Made by a program: the position numbers and the translations under genes
Source of the DNA: an uncultured Candidatus Saccharibacteria bacterium
Lineage (GTDB): Bacteria > Patescibacteriota > Doudnabacteria > UBA920
NCBI GenBank assembly: GCA_964600695.1
Contig: CAZRKK010000002.1
Coordinates: 5,354-69,353, forward strand
DNA: 64,000 bases
Direction: 5' to 3'
Notes under the pieces: generated by a model
The model's input: the letters and a program-made list of their open reading frames with translations, nothing else
The model's database searches: none
Told to the model about the DNA's origin: nothing
In this document: positions 27,018 through 36,182 of the stretch, piece after piece
Layout: every line of letters begins with the position of its first letter
How positions within the stretch are numbered: the stretch's first letter is position 1

Positions 27018-28238
27018 ATGAATGATTTAGAAACTCAACAATCAAATAATAATTCAGAAATCACCGGCCAAAAACTTGGTATCGTTGTGTTGGCTCTGGT
27101 GTTTGGTATTGTCGGAGGGTTATACGGATCATTAGATTTAGCTCGTCGACCATTTTTCCAAAAGATATTTGGTGGAAATAATTCAACCAATTCTGGATAC
27201 ACTCAAAATTTAGTTTTAAACGAACAATCAGCTACAACCGATGTTGTAAAAAAGGCTGGTCCAGCAGTGGTCTCGATAGTAGTTTCCAAAGATATTAGTC
27301 AATCACAGCAATTTAGGTTTGACCCATTTAACTTTTTTGGGCAGATGCCTAACCAAAATTTACCTAAAACACCAAATGTTCAAGAAGTGGGTGCTGGGAG
27401 TGGGTTTTTTGTTAGCAGTGATGGGATGATTATGACTAATAAGCATGTGGTCAGTGATACATCGGCAAAGTATTCTGTAATTACTAACGATGGAAAATCT
27501 TATGATGCCACGGTATTATCTTTAGACCCAACAAATGATATCGCCATTATAAAAATTGATATTAAAGACGCACCATTTTTGGAGTTAGCAGATTCTAGTC
27601 AATTGCAGTTAGGTCAACATGTTATAGCAATCGGAAATTCTTTAGGTCAATATCAAAACACTGTAACTACTGGAATTATCTCCGGTATTGGTAGAAGTAT
27701 TACCGCAGGTGGAGCAGGGGAATTGGAACAGCTAGATGGTGTTATCCAAACTGATGCTGCGATAAACTCTGGTAATTCTGGTGGGCCTTTACTTGATCTT
27801 GCTGGAAGAGTTGTGGGTATCAACACCGCTGTTGACCAACAGGGCCAATCTATTGGTTTTGCTTTACCTGCTAATGATGTAAAAATTGCTCTAGAGAGTT
27901 ATAAGAAAGACGGCAAGATTACTCGACCATATTTGGGAGTTAGATATTTTATGATCACTGATGCCATTGCGAAGACAGAAAAGTTACCTAAAGATTATGG
28001 TGCATTTATAGTCGGTGGTAATAATGCAGACGCCGCTGTTGTACCTGGTAGTCCAGCCGATCAAGCAGGTCTTAAAGAGAATGATATTATTTTAGAAATT
28101 GAAGGAAATAAGTTAACAGATAATTATTCATTATCTAGAGCAATGAAGAAGTATCGACCTAACGATCAGGTGAGTATAAAAATTTTTAGAGATGGTGAAG
28201 AAAAAAATGTAACAGTAACATTAGGCGAAACTAAATGA
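27018..28238 (+). CDS. htrA: HtrA/DegP-family periplasmic serine protease with a PDZ domain.
   Basis: Catalytic His (TNKHVV), Asp, and Ser in GNSGGPLLD. C-terminal PDZ-like (GAFIVGG...GLKENDIILEIEG). The ORF track starts at TTG 26979. The ATG at 27018 precedes the TM anchor. Confidence 0.85.
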   Translation: MNDLETQQSNNNSEITGQKLGIVVLALVFGIVGGLYGSLDLARRPFFQKIFGGNNSTNSGYTQNLVLNEQSATTDVVKKAGPAVVSIVVSKDISQSQQFRFDPFNFFGQMPNQNLPKTPNVQEVGAGSGFFVSSDGMIMTNKHVVSDTSAKYSVITNDGKSYDATVLSLDPTNDIAIIKIDIKDAPFLELADSSQLQLGQHVIAIGNSLGQYQNTVTTGIISGIGRSITAGGAGELEQLDGVIQTDAAINSGNSGGPLLDLAGRVVGINTAVDQQGQSIGFALPANDVKIALESYKKDGKITRPYLGVRYFMITDAIAKTEKLPKDYGAFIVGGNNADAAVVPGSPADQAGLKENDIILEIEGNKLTDNYSLSRAMKKYRPNDQVSIKIFRDGEEKNVTVTLGETK

Positions 28239-28639
28239 AGATATTAGGAATGGATTATGGTACTAAACGAATTGGCTTAGCTATTTCGGACGAGACTCAT
28301 ACTTTGGCTAGGGAATATGCCATTTGGCCAGCAGTAGAAGTTGATGATGAGTTCTGGAAAAAACTTGCTGAGCTTATAGAAGCCGAAGATATAGAAAAAA
28401 TTGTTCTAGGGATGCCACTGAATATGTCTGGTGAGTCAACTCAAAAATCTGAAGAGGTCCAAAAGTTTAATCAAGTTTTACAAGAGCAAGTAAGTGTACC
28501 AGTGGAATTAGTTGATGAAAGACTCTCGAGTGTGATGGCCGAAAACTTATCTGGGCAAATGTCCGGCCAGCACCATCAAATAGATAGCTTAGCCGCTCAA
28601 ATCTTCTTACAAAATTATTTAAACCAAAATAAAAAATAA
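28235..28639 (+). CDS. ruvX: Putative Holliday-junction resolvase / pre-16S rRNA nuclease YqgF (RuvX).
   Basis: MKILGMDYGTKRIGLAISD N-terminal RNase-H-fold motif. 4-nt ATGA overlap with htrA. Confidence 0.8.
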   Translation: MKILGMDYGTKRIGLAISDETHTLAREYAIWPAVEVDDEFWKKLAELIEAEDIEKIVLGMPLNMSGESTQKSEEVQKFNQVLQEQVSVPVELVDERLSSVMAENLSGQMSGQHHQIDSLAAQIFLQNYLNQNKK

Positions 28640-28641
28640 CA

Positions 28642-29664
28642 ATGTCACAATTTAGACGCAATCCAATCAATAAACAGTGGGTATTAATTGCCCCAGGTCG
28701 CGGCAAACGACCTGAGGATTTTCGAACATACAGTGTAAGTTATGGGCTTCCAGAGCTTGACCCGACTTGTATTTTTTGTCCAGGAAATGAAGGAAAAAAC
28801 CCAGACTTGTCAACTGATTCTAGTCGAATTCCAAATAATAAGGATTGGCAATTGCGTGTGATTCCTAATAAGTTCCGGTCGTTGGAGCAGACTAAAGTTT
28901 ATAGTAATAAGGATTTTTATGAATCTCGCTCTGGTTATGGTGATCACGAAGTAATTATTACTCGTAAACATAATGAACCACCGGCTTTGCAATCCGCAGT
29001 GCTTGTTCAACAAAGTTTGAAGTTATTCCAGGATCGGATTAAAGAAATTCAAAAAGACCCAGAGATAAATTATGTTCAAATATTCCACAATCATGGTCGT
29101 GATGCTGGGGCTTCGTTGGTTCATCCTCATTACCAAATTTTAGCGACTCCAATGGTGCCTCCTCATGTACATGAGGAACTTCGTGGTTGTTACCATCATT
29201 ATCAAGAGACTGGTAAGTGTTTGTATTGCGAGATAGTCAAAGAAGAGCTTAAGCATAAAGATCGAATCGTTTATGAAGATGATTATTTTGTAGTCATGTC
29301 TGCTTATGCATCTCGTAGTCCGTTTGAGACTTGGATTTTGCCAAAACGTCATCATTCCAGATTCGAAACAACTTCTGATGTGGAATTACTTCACTTAGCT
29401 CATGTCTTAAAAAAAGTACTCGGTACATTATATGTGAAGCTTGCTGACCCCCCTTTGAATTATTATATTCATACTATGCCTCGCTCGAGTGATAAGCATT
29501 TAGTGCACGAAGAGAAAAGTTACCACTGGCATTTAACAGTATTCCCACGTTTAACTATTTGGGCAGGCTTTGAATATGGAACAGGGATTCCTGTAAACCC
29601 AATGCCTCCAGAAGAGACAGCTAAGTTTTTAAGAGGGGATGCAAATCTTGGGAGGTCTAACTAA
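28642..29664 (+). CDS. GalT-family nucleotidyltransferase (galactose-1-phosphate uridylyltransferase-like / HIT-superfamily branch).
   Basis: N-terminal Cys motif CIFCPG and active-site HPHYQ (H-x-H-x-Q). Duplicated half-barrel length of 340 aa. Confidence 0.7.
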   Translation: MSQFRRNPINKQWVLIAPGRGKRPEDFRTYSVSYGLPELDPTCIFCPGNEGKNPDLSTDSSRIPNNKDWQLRVIPNKFRSLEQTKVYSNKDFYESRSGYGDHEVIITRKHNEPPALQSAVLVQQSLKLFQDRIKEIQKDPEINYVQIFHNHGRDAGASLVHPHYQILATPMVPPHVHEELRGCYHHYQETGKCLYCEIVKEELKHKDRIVYEDDYFVVMSAYASRSPFETWILPKRHHSRFETTSDVELLHLAHVLKKVLGTLYVKLADPPLNYYIHTMPRSSDKHLVHEEKSYHWHLTVFPRLTIWAGFEYGTGIPVNPMPPEETAKFLRGDANLGRSN

Positions 29665-30347
29665 TGTCAAAAATAATTATTGCTAACTGGAAGCTGAATC
29701 CTATGACTGCTCGCGAGGCTACAGATTTAGCAAGAAAAATTGATGTAGTTTCTAAATATGAAGTTGTGTTATGTCCACCAACTCCATTTTTGGGAGTGAT
29801 TGAATATATGCACAAAGGAGCTCAAGATGTCAGCTCTCAAATTAAAGGACCCTACACTGGTCAAATTTCGAGTGCCAACCTAGCAAGCCTTGGAGTGACT
29901 TATTGCATAGTTGGTCATAGTGAAAGAAGAGCTTTAGGCGAAACCGACACACAAATCAACGAAAAAATTCATGCTTTGCTAGATTATAAAATTACTCCAA
30001 TTTTGTGTGTTGGCTATGGCACAGCAGTGAATCAGGACGAACTAGAAGTTACAGATGTATTAGCTTCTCAACTCCGACAAGATTTAGATGAAGTTGATGT
30101 TAAAAAAGTTATTGTCGCTTACGAACCAGTATGGGCAATCGGTTCTGGAAGGCCAGCTACACCAGATCACGCCGAGCAAATTGCTTTGTATATCAGTACA
30201 AAGTTTGGAGTACGGTCTGTGATATATGGTGGTAGTGTAAATAGTACTAATAGCGCTAACTTTTTAAGTCAGCATAATGTTGGCGGTCTATTGGTTGGTG
30301 GAGCTTCATTGCTTGCCGACGATTTTAATAAAATTATTCAGTCATAA
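29664..30347 (+). CDS. tpiA: Triosephosphate isomerase.
   Basis: IIANWKLN, GHSERR, AYEPVWAIGSG, YGGSV motifs. TAATG overlap with the upstream gene. Confidence 0.9.
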   Translation: MSKIIIANWKLNPMTAREATDLARKIDVVSKYEVVLCPPTPFLGVIEYMHKGAQDVSSQIKGPYTGQISSANLASLGVTYCIVGHSERRALGETDTQINEKIHALLDYKITPILCVGYGTAVNQDELEVTDVLASQLRQDLDEVDVKKVIVAYEPVWAIGSGRPATPDHAEQIALYISTKFGVRSVIYGGSVNSTNSANFLSQHNVGGLLVGGASLLADDFNKIIQS

Positions 30348-30370
30348 CGCGGCTCAGCCGCAATACAAAA

Positions 30371-30841
30371 ATGATTTACATTGGAGCCGATCACGGCGGA
30401 TACAAATTAAAGGAACATATTAAAAAGTTTTTAGTTAAAGAGTGGAACCGAGAGTCTGGTGGCCAACAGCTCGAACTAAAGGATCTTGGAGCAAGCAAGT
30501 TTAAAGATGGGGATGATTACCCTGATTATGCTGCCAGAGTAGCTAAGCAGGTTTCCGCAAATCCTTTAGCTAATTTAGGAATCTTGATTTGTCGCAGTGG
30601 GCAAGGTGTATGCATAGTGGCTAATAAGTTTAAAGGGGTTCGAGCAGTATTAGTATGGAACGAACTCGAAGCCAAAATGAGTAGAAATGACGATATGAGC
30701 AACGTGTTATGTTTGCCAAGTGATTATATAGATACAAAGATGGCAGAAAAGATTGTTAAGGCGTGGCTCGAGACGCCATTTTCGACGGAGCAGAGGCATA
30801 TGCGACGTGTGAAGAAGATCAGTGCTTTAGAAAATAATTAG
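30371..30841 (+). CDS. rpiB: Ribose-5-phosphate isomerase B (RpiB/LacAB family).
   Basis: IGADHGGYKLKE, CRSGQGVCIVANKFKGVRA, QRHMRRV motifs. Confidence 0.85.
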   Translation: MIYIGADHGGYKLKEHIKKFLVKEWNRESGGQQLELKDLGASKFKDGDDYPDYAARVAKQVSANPLANLGILICRSGQGVCIVANKFKGVRAVLVWNELEAKMSRNDDMSNVLCLPSDYIDTKMAEKIVKAWLETPFSTEQRHMRRVKKISALENN

Positions 30842-30850
30842 AAAACATAA

Positions 30851-31489
30851 ATGCTTATTCCGGCAATATTAGAAAATAATAAAAAGAAATATTTAGAAAA
30901 TCTAAAAGCAGTTTTAGCATTGAAGAATATCAAGTCTATACAAATAGATTTTGCCGATGGGGAATTTGTGGCCACTAAAACTTTACCAATCGCCGAGATA
31001 GAACTTCCTGCAAGGTCTAAAATTTTGTTCGAAGCACATTTGATGGTTAAAGAACCCAAGGATTTTGTTTTGTATCAAAAGGCTGGGTTTAAAAAAATCA
31101 TCGTTCATTACGAAGCTTTTAAAAGTGAACTTGATTTAGAAGCAGCTATAGAAGAAATAAAAAAGTTAAAAATGATTCCTGCAATAGCCATTTCTCCAAC
31201 TAGTGAAATTTCTGTAATTCGTTATCATACTGATACAATCAAGGACTTCACTTTGTTGGCTGTGGTTCCGGGTAGGCAAGGACAAAAAATGTTACCAGAA
31301 ACTTTTGATCGACTTCGAGAATTAAGAGATCATGCCCCAGGTGCAAATATCGAGATAGATGGCGGAGTTGATGGTAAAAATATTGCTTCTTTAATAGACG
31401 CCGGCGCAACAGATTGCGTAGCAGGTTCAAGTTTACTAAGAGGTGATATTAAAGAGAATTATAAAGTGCTTATGGAGGCTTTAAAATAA
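30851..31489 (+). CDS. rpe: Ribulose-phosphate 3-epimerase-like TIM-barrel enzyme.
   Basis: IDFADGEFV, HLMV, VVPGRQGQKM, IDGGV...AGSSLL pattern matches the Rpe family. Confidence 0.75.
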   Translation: MLIPAILENNKKKYLENLKAVLALKNIKSIQIDFADGEFVATKTLPIAEIELPARSKILFEAHLMVKEPKDFVLYQKAGFKKIIVHYEAFKSELDLEAAIEEIKKLKMIPAIAISPTSEISVIRYHTDTIKDFTLLAVVPGRQGQKMLPETFDRLRELRDHAPGANIEIDGGVDGKNIASLIDAGATDCVAGSSLLRGDIKENYKVLMEALK

Positions 31490-32340
31490 TGTCAAAACTT
31501 TCATCAACAGATTTACAACTAACTGCTAATAAAATTCGAGAAGATATTATCAGTATGTTAGTGGAGGCGGGGAGTGGTCACAGCGCCGGACCTTTAGGTA
31601 TGGCTGATGTTTTCACTGCTTTGTATTTTGAAGTCATGAATATTAATCCTCATGACCCTAATTGGGAAGAACGTGATTGGTTAATTTTATCGTGTGGCCA
31701 TATTTGTCCAGTGTTGTACGCAACAATGTCTGAACGTGGCTATTTCCCAGCGTCAGAATTAAAATCGCTTCGCAAGCTTGGTACTCGTTTGCAAGGACAT
31801 CCTCATAACTTATCTTTACCTGGCATAGAAACAACTAGCGGACCCTTAGCACAGGGTGCTTCTCAGGCTGTGGGAGTAGCTTTAGCAATGCGGATGAGTG
31901 GTAAAAAGAATCGTGTTTATTTAGTGATGTCGGATGGTGAGCAAAATGAAGGTCAGATTTGGGAAGCTGTTATGTTGGCTGGCAAAGAAAAACTTCATAA
32001 TCTTACTGCCATTATAGACCGCAATAATATTCAAATTGATGGTTATACAGAAGATGTTATGCCTTTGGACAATTTGAAAGCAAAGTACGAAGCCTTTAAT
32101 TGGCACGTTATAGAAGTTGATGGACACAATATTCAGGCAGTGATTAATGCCTATCGTGAAGCAGAGGCGGTGTATGAAAAACCAACAGTCATTATTGCGC
32201 ATACCATTCCAGGGAAGGGCGTGGACTTTATGGAGGGTAAGTTTGAATGGCATGGTAAACCACCAAAAGCTGACGAAGCCAAATTAGCTCTGCAAGAGCT
32301 ACGTACATTGCAAGGAAAAATTAAAAGTGAACATGAATAA
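31489..32340 (+). CDS. Transketolase, N-terminal (TPP-binding) subunit of a split enzyme.
   Basis: GSGHSAGPLGMADV, GHPH, LVMSDGEQNEGQIWEA motifs. TAATG overlap with rpe. Confidence 0.85.
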   Translation: MSKLSSTDLQLTANKIREDIISMLVEAGSGHSAGPLGMADVFTALYFEVMNINPHDPNWEERDWLILSCGHICPVLYATMSERGYFPASELKSLRKLGTRLQGHPHNLSLPGIETTSGPLAQGASQAVGVALAMRMSGKKNRVYLVMSDGEQNEGQIWEAVMLAGKEKLHNLTAIIDRNNIQIDGYTEDVMPLDNLKAKYEAFNWHVIEVDGHNIQAVINAYREAEAVYEKPTVIIAHTIPGKGVDFMEGKFEWHGKPPKADEAKLALQELRTLQGKIKSEHE

Positions 32341-32367
32341 TTTTATTAATATAATTAACCAAAAATC

Positions 32368-34125
32368 ATGACAATTCTAATAGGGCTTATTGTAATAATA
32401 TTTTTAATTACTTTAAGCAGAAGAGTTTCTAAAATTGAAGATGCTCTTAAAATCAATCCTGCATTAGGTCGGGCTGTACAACAGCCAGTACCACAGCCAC
32501 AAACCGCACAACCATTACAAGTTGCTCAAACAGCAAAGGTTGCCCAAAAAGCTAGTGCTACTCAACCGGTTGTTGTTGAAACTAATCATCTTGATTCAAA
32601 ATCTTTTGTTAATGCCTTGCCAAAAATTGGGGTCATTGCTCTAGTATTTGGTTTAGCATTTTTCCTAAAATATGCGATTGATCAAGGATGGATTAGTGAA
32701 TCTTTGCGTTTGGGTTTGGGTGCAGTGGTTGGTGGATTGTTATTGGTTCTATTTTATTTATGGAAAGAAAAATATGCTAAGTATGCCTTAGTCTTGGCTG
32801 GTGGAGGATTAGCTATTTGGTATTTAACAATTTTTGCAGCAGTAGAAATGTATGCCATGTTGAGCATGAATGGTGGATTAATCATTTTGTCGATAGTTAC
32901 TATAATCGGTTTATTGCTGGCATATAAAACAAAGTCTCCGAGTTTATCAGCTTTGGCTTGGGGAGGCGCATTTTTATCTCCAATCATATTGTCGTTTAAT
33001 TCCAGTTCTTATAGTTTAATGTTGATTTATATCAGCATCGTCGTGTTGGGATTACTAACATCTATTGTTTATACGAAGTCTTACAAATTATTTGCACTTA
33101 TAATTGCTGGAACTGCCGTTAACTTATTATTCGGGTTGTTCGCAGGATTGTTCACAGAAGAATATTATATTAGAACTCTAATCTTTTTAATAATCCATCT
33201 ATGTGCTAATACGTTTGTAATTACTAATCTTATTCGATCCGATAAAGCAGAGAATAAAGAAATAAATCAAACAGAGTTCGGGCTTTTATTAGTTTTGATA
33301 TTTGCAATTTTTGTGTTGCCAACAGCGTTGATTGCATACTTTAAGTTTAATGATTACTCTACACTTATCATGACTGCTTTGGCTGTTTGGACTTTCCTAA
33401 TTTATGCATTTATTGATCGATTAGAGCTCACTAAGCTTAATTATTTGTTGTCTGGGTTTGGCACATCTCTTTTAGTAATTAGTGTGATTTGGCAGTTTGG
33501 TGATAATTCTCAAGTAGTTATGTTTTATATTCTGGGTTTGGTGGGGATTATCGTTGGTTATATTCAAAAACGAGCGGAACTTCGAGCGTGGGGAGTTTCT
33601 ACAGTTATGGTTGGTCTAGTCTCAGCTTGTTTGGTTAGTTATGGTTCTGTTCCACAGTTGATTGTCACTCAAAAATTTGGTCTCGAAATGCTCGGGTTGG
33701 TAGCATTGGGTGTCGCATATATTTTCTTTAAGGAAGATCAACTCTCAGAATTCGAACATGATATTCATTTAGCAATTCAGTATCTCATAGCTGGATTTGC
33801 ATGGTTCTTTATTTCTTGGGACTTGTATAACTACTATTCTGCTTTCGACCAAGTTAATCAAAGAAATCTATCCTTAAGTTTGTGGTGGTTGGTTTATGCA
33901 ACACTCTTACTTGGAGCTTCTGTTACTCACGTTCTTAAACCTTTAAGAAAAGTAGGTTTGTTGCTATTTGGTTTAGTAATTATCAAAGTGTTTCTTTATG
34001 ACGTGCAGAGTCTAGATATGGTTTATAGAATAATTTCATTTATCAGTTTAGGTGTAATTCTGTTGGTGGTCTCATTTATCTATCAACACAACAAAGAAAA
34101 AATTATCAAATATATTGAATCTTAA
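32368..34125 (+). CDS. Polytopic membrane protein (585 aa, at least 12 predicted TM), DUF2339-like. Inserted between the two transketolase subunit genes.
   Basis: Pro/Gln-rich linker after the first TM. FFLKYAIDQGWI motif. Many hydrophobic helices. Stop overlaps the tkt-C start (TAATG). Confidence 0.5.
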   Translation: MTILIGLIVIIFLITLSRRVSKIEDALKINPALGRAVQQPVPQPQTAQPLQVAQTAKVAQKASATQPVVVETNHLDSKSFVNALPKIGVIALVFGLAFFLKYAIDQGWISESLRLGLGAVVGGLLLVLFYLWKEKYAKYALVLAGGGLAIWYLTIFAAVEMYAMLSMNGGLIILSIVTIIGLLLAYKTKSPSLSALAWGGAFLSPIILSFNSSSYSLMLIYISIVVLGLLTSIVYTKSYKLFALIIAGTAVNLLFGLFAGLFTEEYYIRTLIFLIIHLCANTFVITNLIRSDKAENKEINQTEFGLLLVLIFAIFVLPTALIAYFKFNDYSTLIMTALAVWTFLIYAFIDRLELTKLNYLLSGFGTSLLVISVIWQFGDNSQVVMFYILGLVGIIVGYIQKRAELRAWGVSTVMVGLVSACLVSYGSVPQLIVTQKFGLEMLGLVALGVAYIFFKEDQLSEFEHDIHLAIQYLIAGFAWFFISWDLYNYYSAFDQVNQRNLSLSLWWLVYATLLLGASVTHVLKPLRKVGLLLFGLVIIKVFLYDVQSLDMVYRIISFISLGVILLVVSFIYQHNKEKIIKYIES

Positions 34126-35135
34126 TGTTTAACCCAACGCAAAAACTTAATCCCAAACTTAGCGTGATGAGCGCAAGCGATCTGGACAACCTAATAGAGC
34201 AAAAACCGACTCGGGATGGTTTTGGCGAAGCTTTGTTGCGTCTAGGTGAGCAAGACGAACGAATTGTTGTTCTAACCGGCGACTTAAAAGAAAGTACGCG
34301 CGTGCAAGCTTTTGCAGATAAATTTCCTGATAGATTTGTAGAATGTGGGGTTGCAGAACAAAATATGATGGGTGTGGCGGCAGGACTAGCGCTTGCAGGA
34401 AAAATCCCTTTTGCTGCTAGTTACGCTACTTTTAGCCCTGGACGTAATTGGGATCAATTTCGAGTCTCGGTTTGTTATAGCAAGGCTAATGTGAAGGTAA
34501 TAGGTGCTCATACAGGGGTTTCTGTGGGCCCTGACGGTGCAACTCATCAAGCTCTAGAAGATATAGCTATTACCCGTGTGCTTCCAAATTTAACTGTACT
34601 GCAACCAATCGACGCCATCGAAGCCTCAAAAGCAGTGATCGCGATGAGTGATATAGATGGGCCAGTGTATATTCGATTAACTAGAGAAAAAAGTCCTGTT
34701 ATTACAACGCCGGATTCTCCATTCGAAATTGGGAAAGCAAATATATTAAGAGATGGTACGGATGTAGCGATAATAGGGTGTGGCCCAATACTGTATAATG
34801 CTATTAAGGCCGCAGTAGAGTTAGAGAAACAAAATATTAGTGTTTTGATAATCAACAACCATACTATCAAGCCAATCGATAAAAATACTATTCTGTGGGC
34901 AGCTAAGTTAACTAAGGCGGTTGTGACAGTAGAAGAGCACCAAATAGATGGTGGCTTGGGAAGCGCAGTGGCAGAAGTCTTAGCCAGAAATTACCCTGTG
35001 CCTGTCGAGATGGTGGGGATGCCAAATACTTTTGGTGAAAGTGGAACCCCAGAAGAATTATTCGAAAAATATGGCATGGGTGTACAGTCTATAGTTAAGT
35101 CAATAAAGAAAGCGATATCTAGAAAACAAAGTTAA
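34125..35135 (+). CDS. Transketolase, C-terminal (pyrimidine-binding plus C-terminal domain) subunit.
   Basis: FGEALLRLGEQDERIVVLTGDL, ECGVAEQNMMGVAAGLA motifs. Confidence 0.85.
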   Translation: MFNPTQKLNPKLSVMSASDLDNLIEQKPTRDGFGEALLRLGEQDERIVVLTGDLKESTRVQAFADKFPDRFVECGVAEQNMMGVAAGLALAGKIPFAASYATFSPGRNWDQFRVSVCYSKANVKVIGAHTGVSVGPDGATHQALEDIAITRVLPNLTVLQPIDAIEASKAVIAMSDIDGPVYIRLTREKSPVITTPDSPFEIGKANILRDGTDVAIIGCGPILYNAIKAAVELEKQNISVLIINNHTIKPIDKNTILWAAKLTKAVVTVEEHQIDGGLGSAVAEVLARNYPVPVEMVGMPNTFGESGTPEELFEKYGMGVQSIVKSIKKAISRKQS

Positions 35136-35155
35136 AGAAATTATTAAAATAAATT

Positions 35156-36181
35156 ATGCCGAAAACCAAATTTGATTTAATCGCCATTGGTGATCCTACA
35201 ATAGATACTTTTTTGTTGGTCGATGATATTGAAGTAAAAAAAATTAACGGACAACTAAAAGCTATTATAAGCTGGGGTGATAAACTGCCAGTGCAAAAAT
35301 TTTATCGTACAGTTGCTGGGAATGCTGCTAATAATGCTGTTGGAAGTAGTCGATTGGGTCTTAAAACGGCTTTCTATACAGTTCTCGCTCATGATGCAGG
35401 TGGAAGAGAGATTATTCACAAAATGCAAAAAGAAAAAGTTGTTACAGATTATATTGTCATCGATGACAAGCACCCAACTAACGCATCTACAGTACTAAGC
35501 CATAACGGCGAACGGACTATCTTTGTATATCATGAGCATCGAAAATATGTTTTGCCAAAATTGGCACCAGCAAAATGGGTTTACTTAACAAGCTTGGGTG
35601 ATGGCTTCGAAAAAATTTATAAAGATTTGGCTAAGTATTTAGATAAGAATAAAGTCGAGCTAGCTTTTAATCCGGGAACATTTCAACTTCGTAAAGGCCC
35701 TAAGTTTAATAAATTAATGCTCGAAAGAACTTCTGTATTGTCATTAAATAAAGAGGAAGCGCAAAGCTGGGTAGGGAATAGTGAAGATATCGAAGTCTTG
35801 GCGAAAAAATTACAGAAACTTGGGCCAAAGTGTGTAGTAATTACAGATGGTCGTAAAGGTGCTTATAGTTATAGTAACGAAGGTTATTTTTATATCACAG
35901 AATTTCCTGGACCACGCATAGATGCAACAGGGGCAGGTGATAGTTTTACCACTGCGTATGTCGCAGCTTTGGCAAGTGGGCAATCTCATAAGGAGGCCTT
36001 ACGGTGGGGTCCTGTGAATGCTGCTAGTGTCGTTAATAAAATTGGTCCACAGGAAGGCCTGCTCACTAAGAAGGAACTAGCAGGAAAACTTTCTAGAAGT
36101 AAAAGTTATCAGGCCACAGAAATGAAAGACGAAAAAATTAAATCTAAGATTGCTGCTATGGTAGGAAAGATGAAGGATTAA
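35156..36181 (+). CDS. PfkB-family carbohydrate/sugar-phosphate kinase (ribokinase superfamily).
   Basis: N-terminal glycine motif IAIGDPTIDT and C-terminal DATGAGDSFTTAYV anion-hole motif. Confidence 0.75.
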   Translation: MPKTKFDLIAIGDPTIDTFLLVDDIEVKKINGQLKAIISWGDKLPVQKFYRTVAGNAANNAVGSSRLGLKTAFYTVLAHDAGGREIIHKMQKEKVVTDYIVIDDKHPTNASTVLSHNGERTIFVYHEHRKYVLPKLAPAKWVYLTSLGDGFEKIYKDLAKYLDKNKVELAFNPGTFQLRKGPKFNKLMLERTSVLSLNKEEAQSWVGNSEDIEVLAKKLQKLGPKCVVITDGRKGAYSYSNEGYFYITEFPGPRIDATGAGDSFTTAYVAALASGQSHKEALRWGPVNAASVVNKIGPQEGLLTKKELAGKLSRSKSYQATEMKDEKIKSKIAAMVGKMKD

Positions 36182-36182
36182 A

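Noticed and set aside
35277-35498. 73-aa plus-strand ORF and a 72-aa minus-strand ORF inside the PfkB kinase gene.
   Set aside because: They lie wholly inside a CDS that has conserved kinase motifs in another frame. No independent signals were found.
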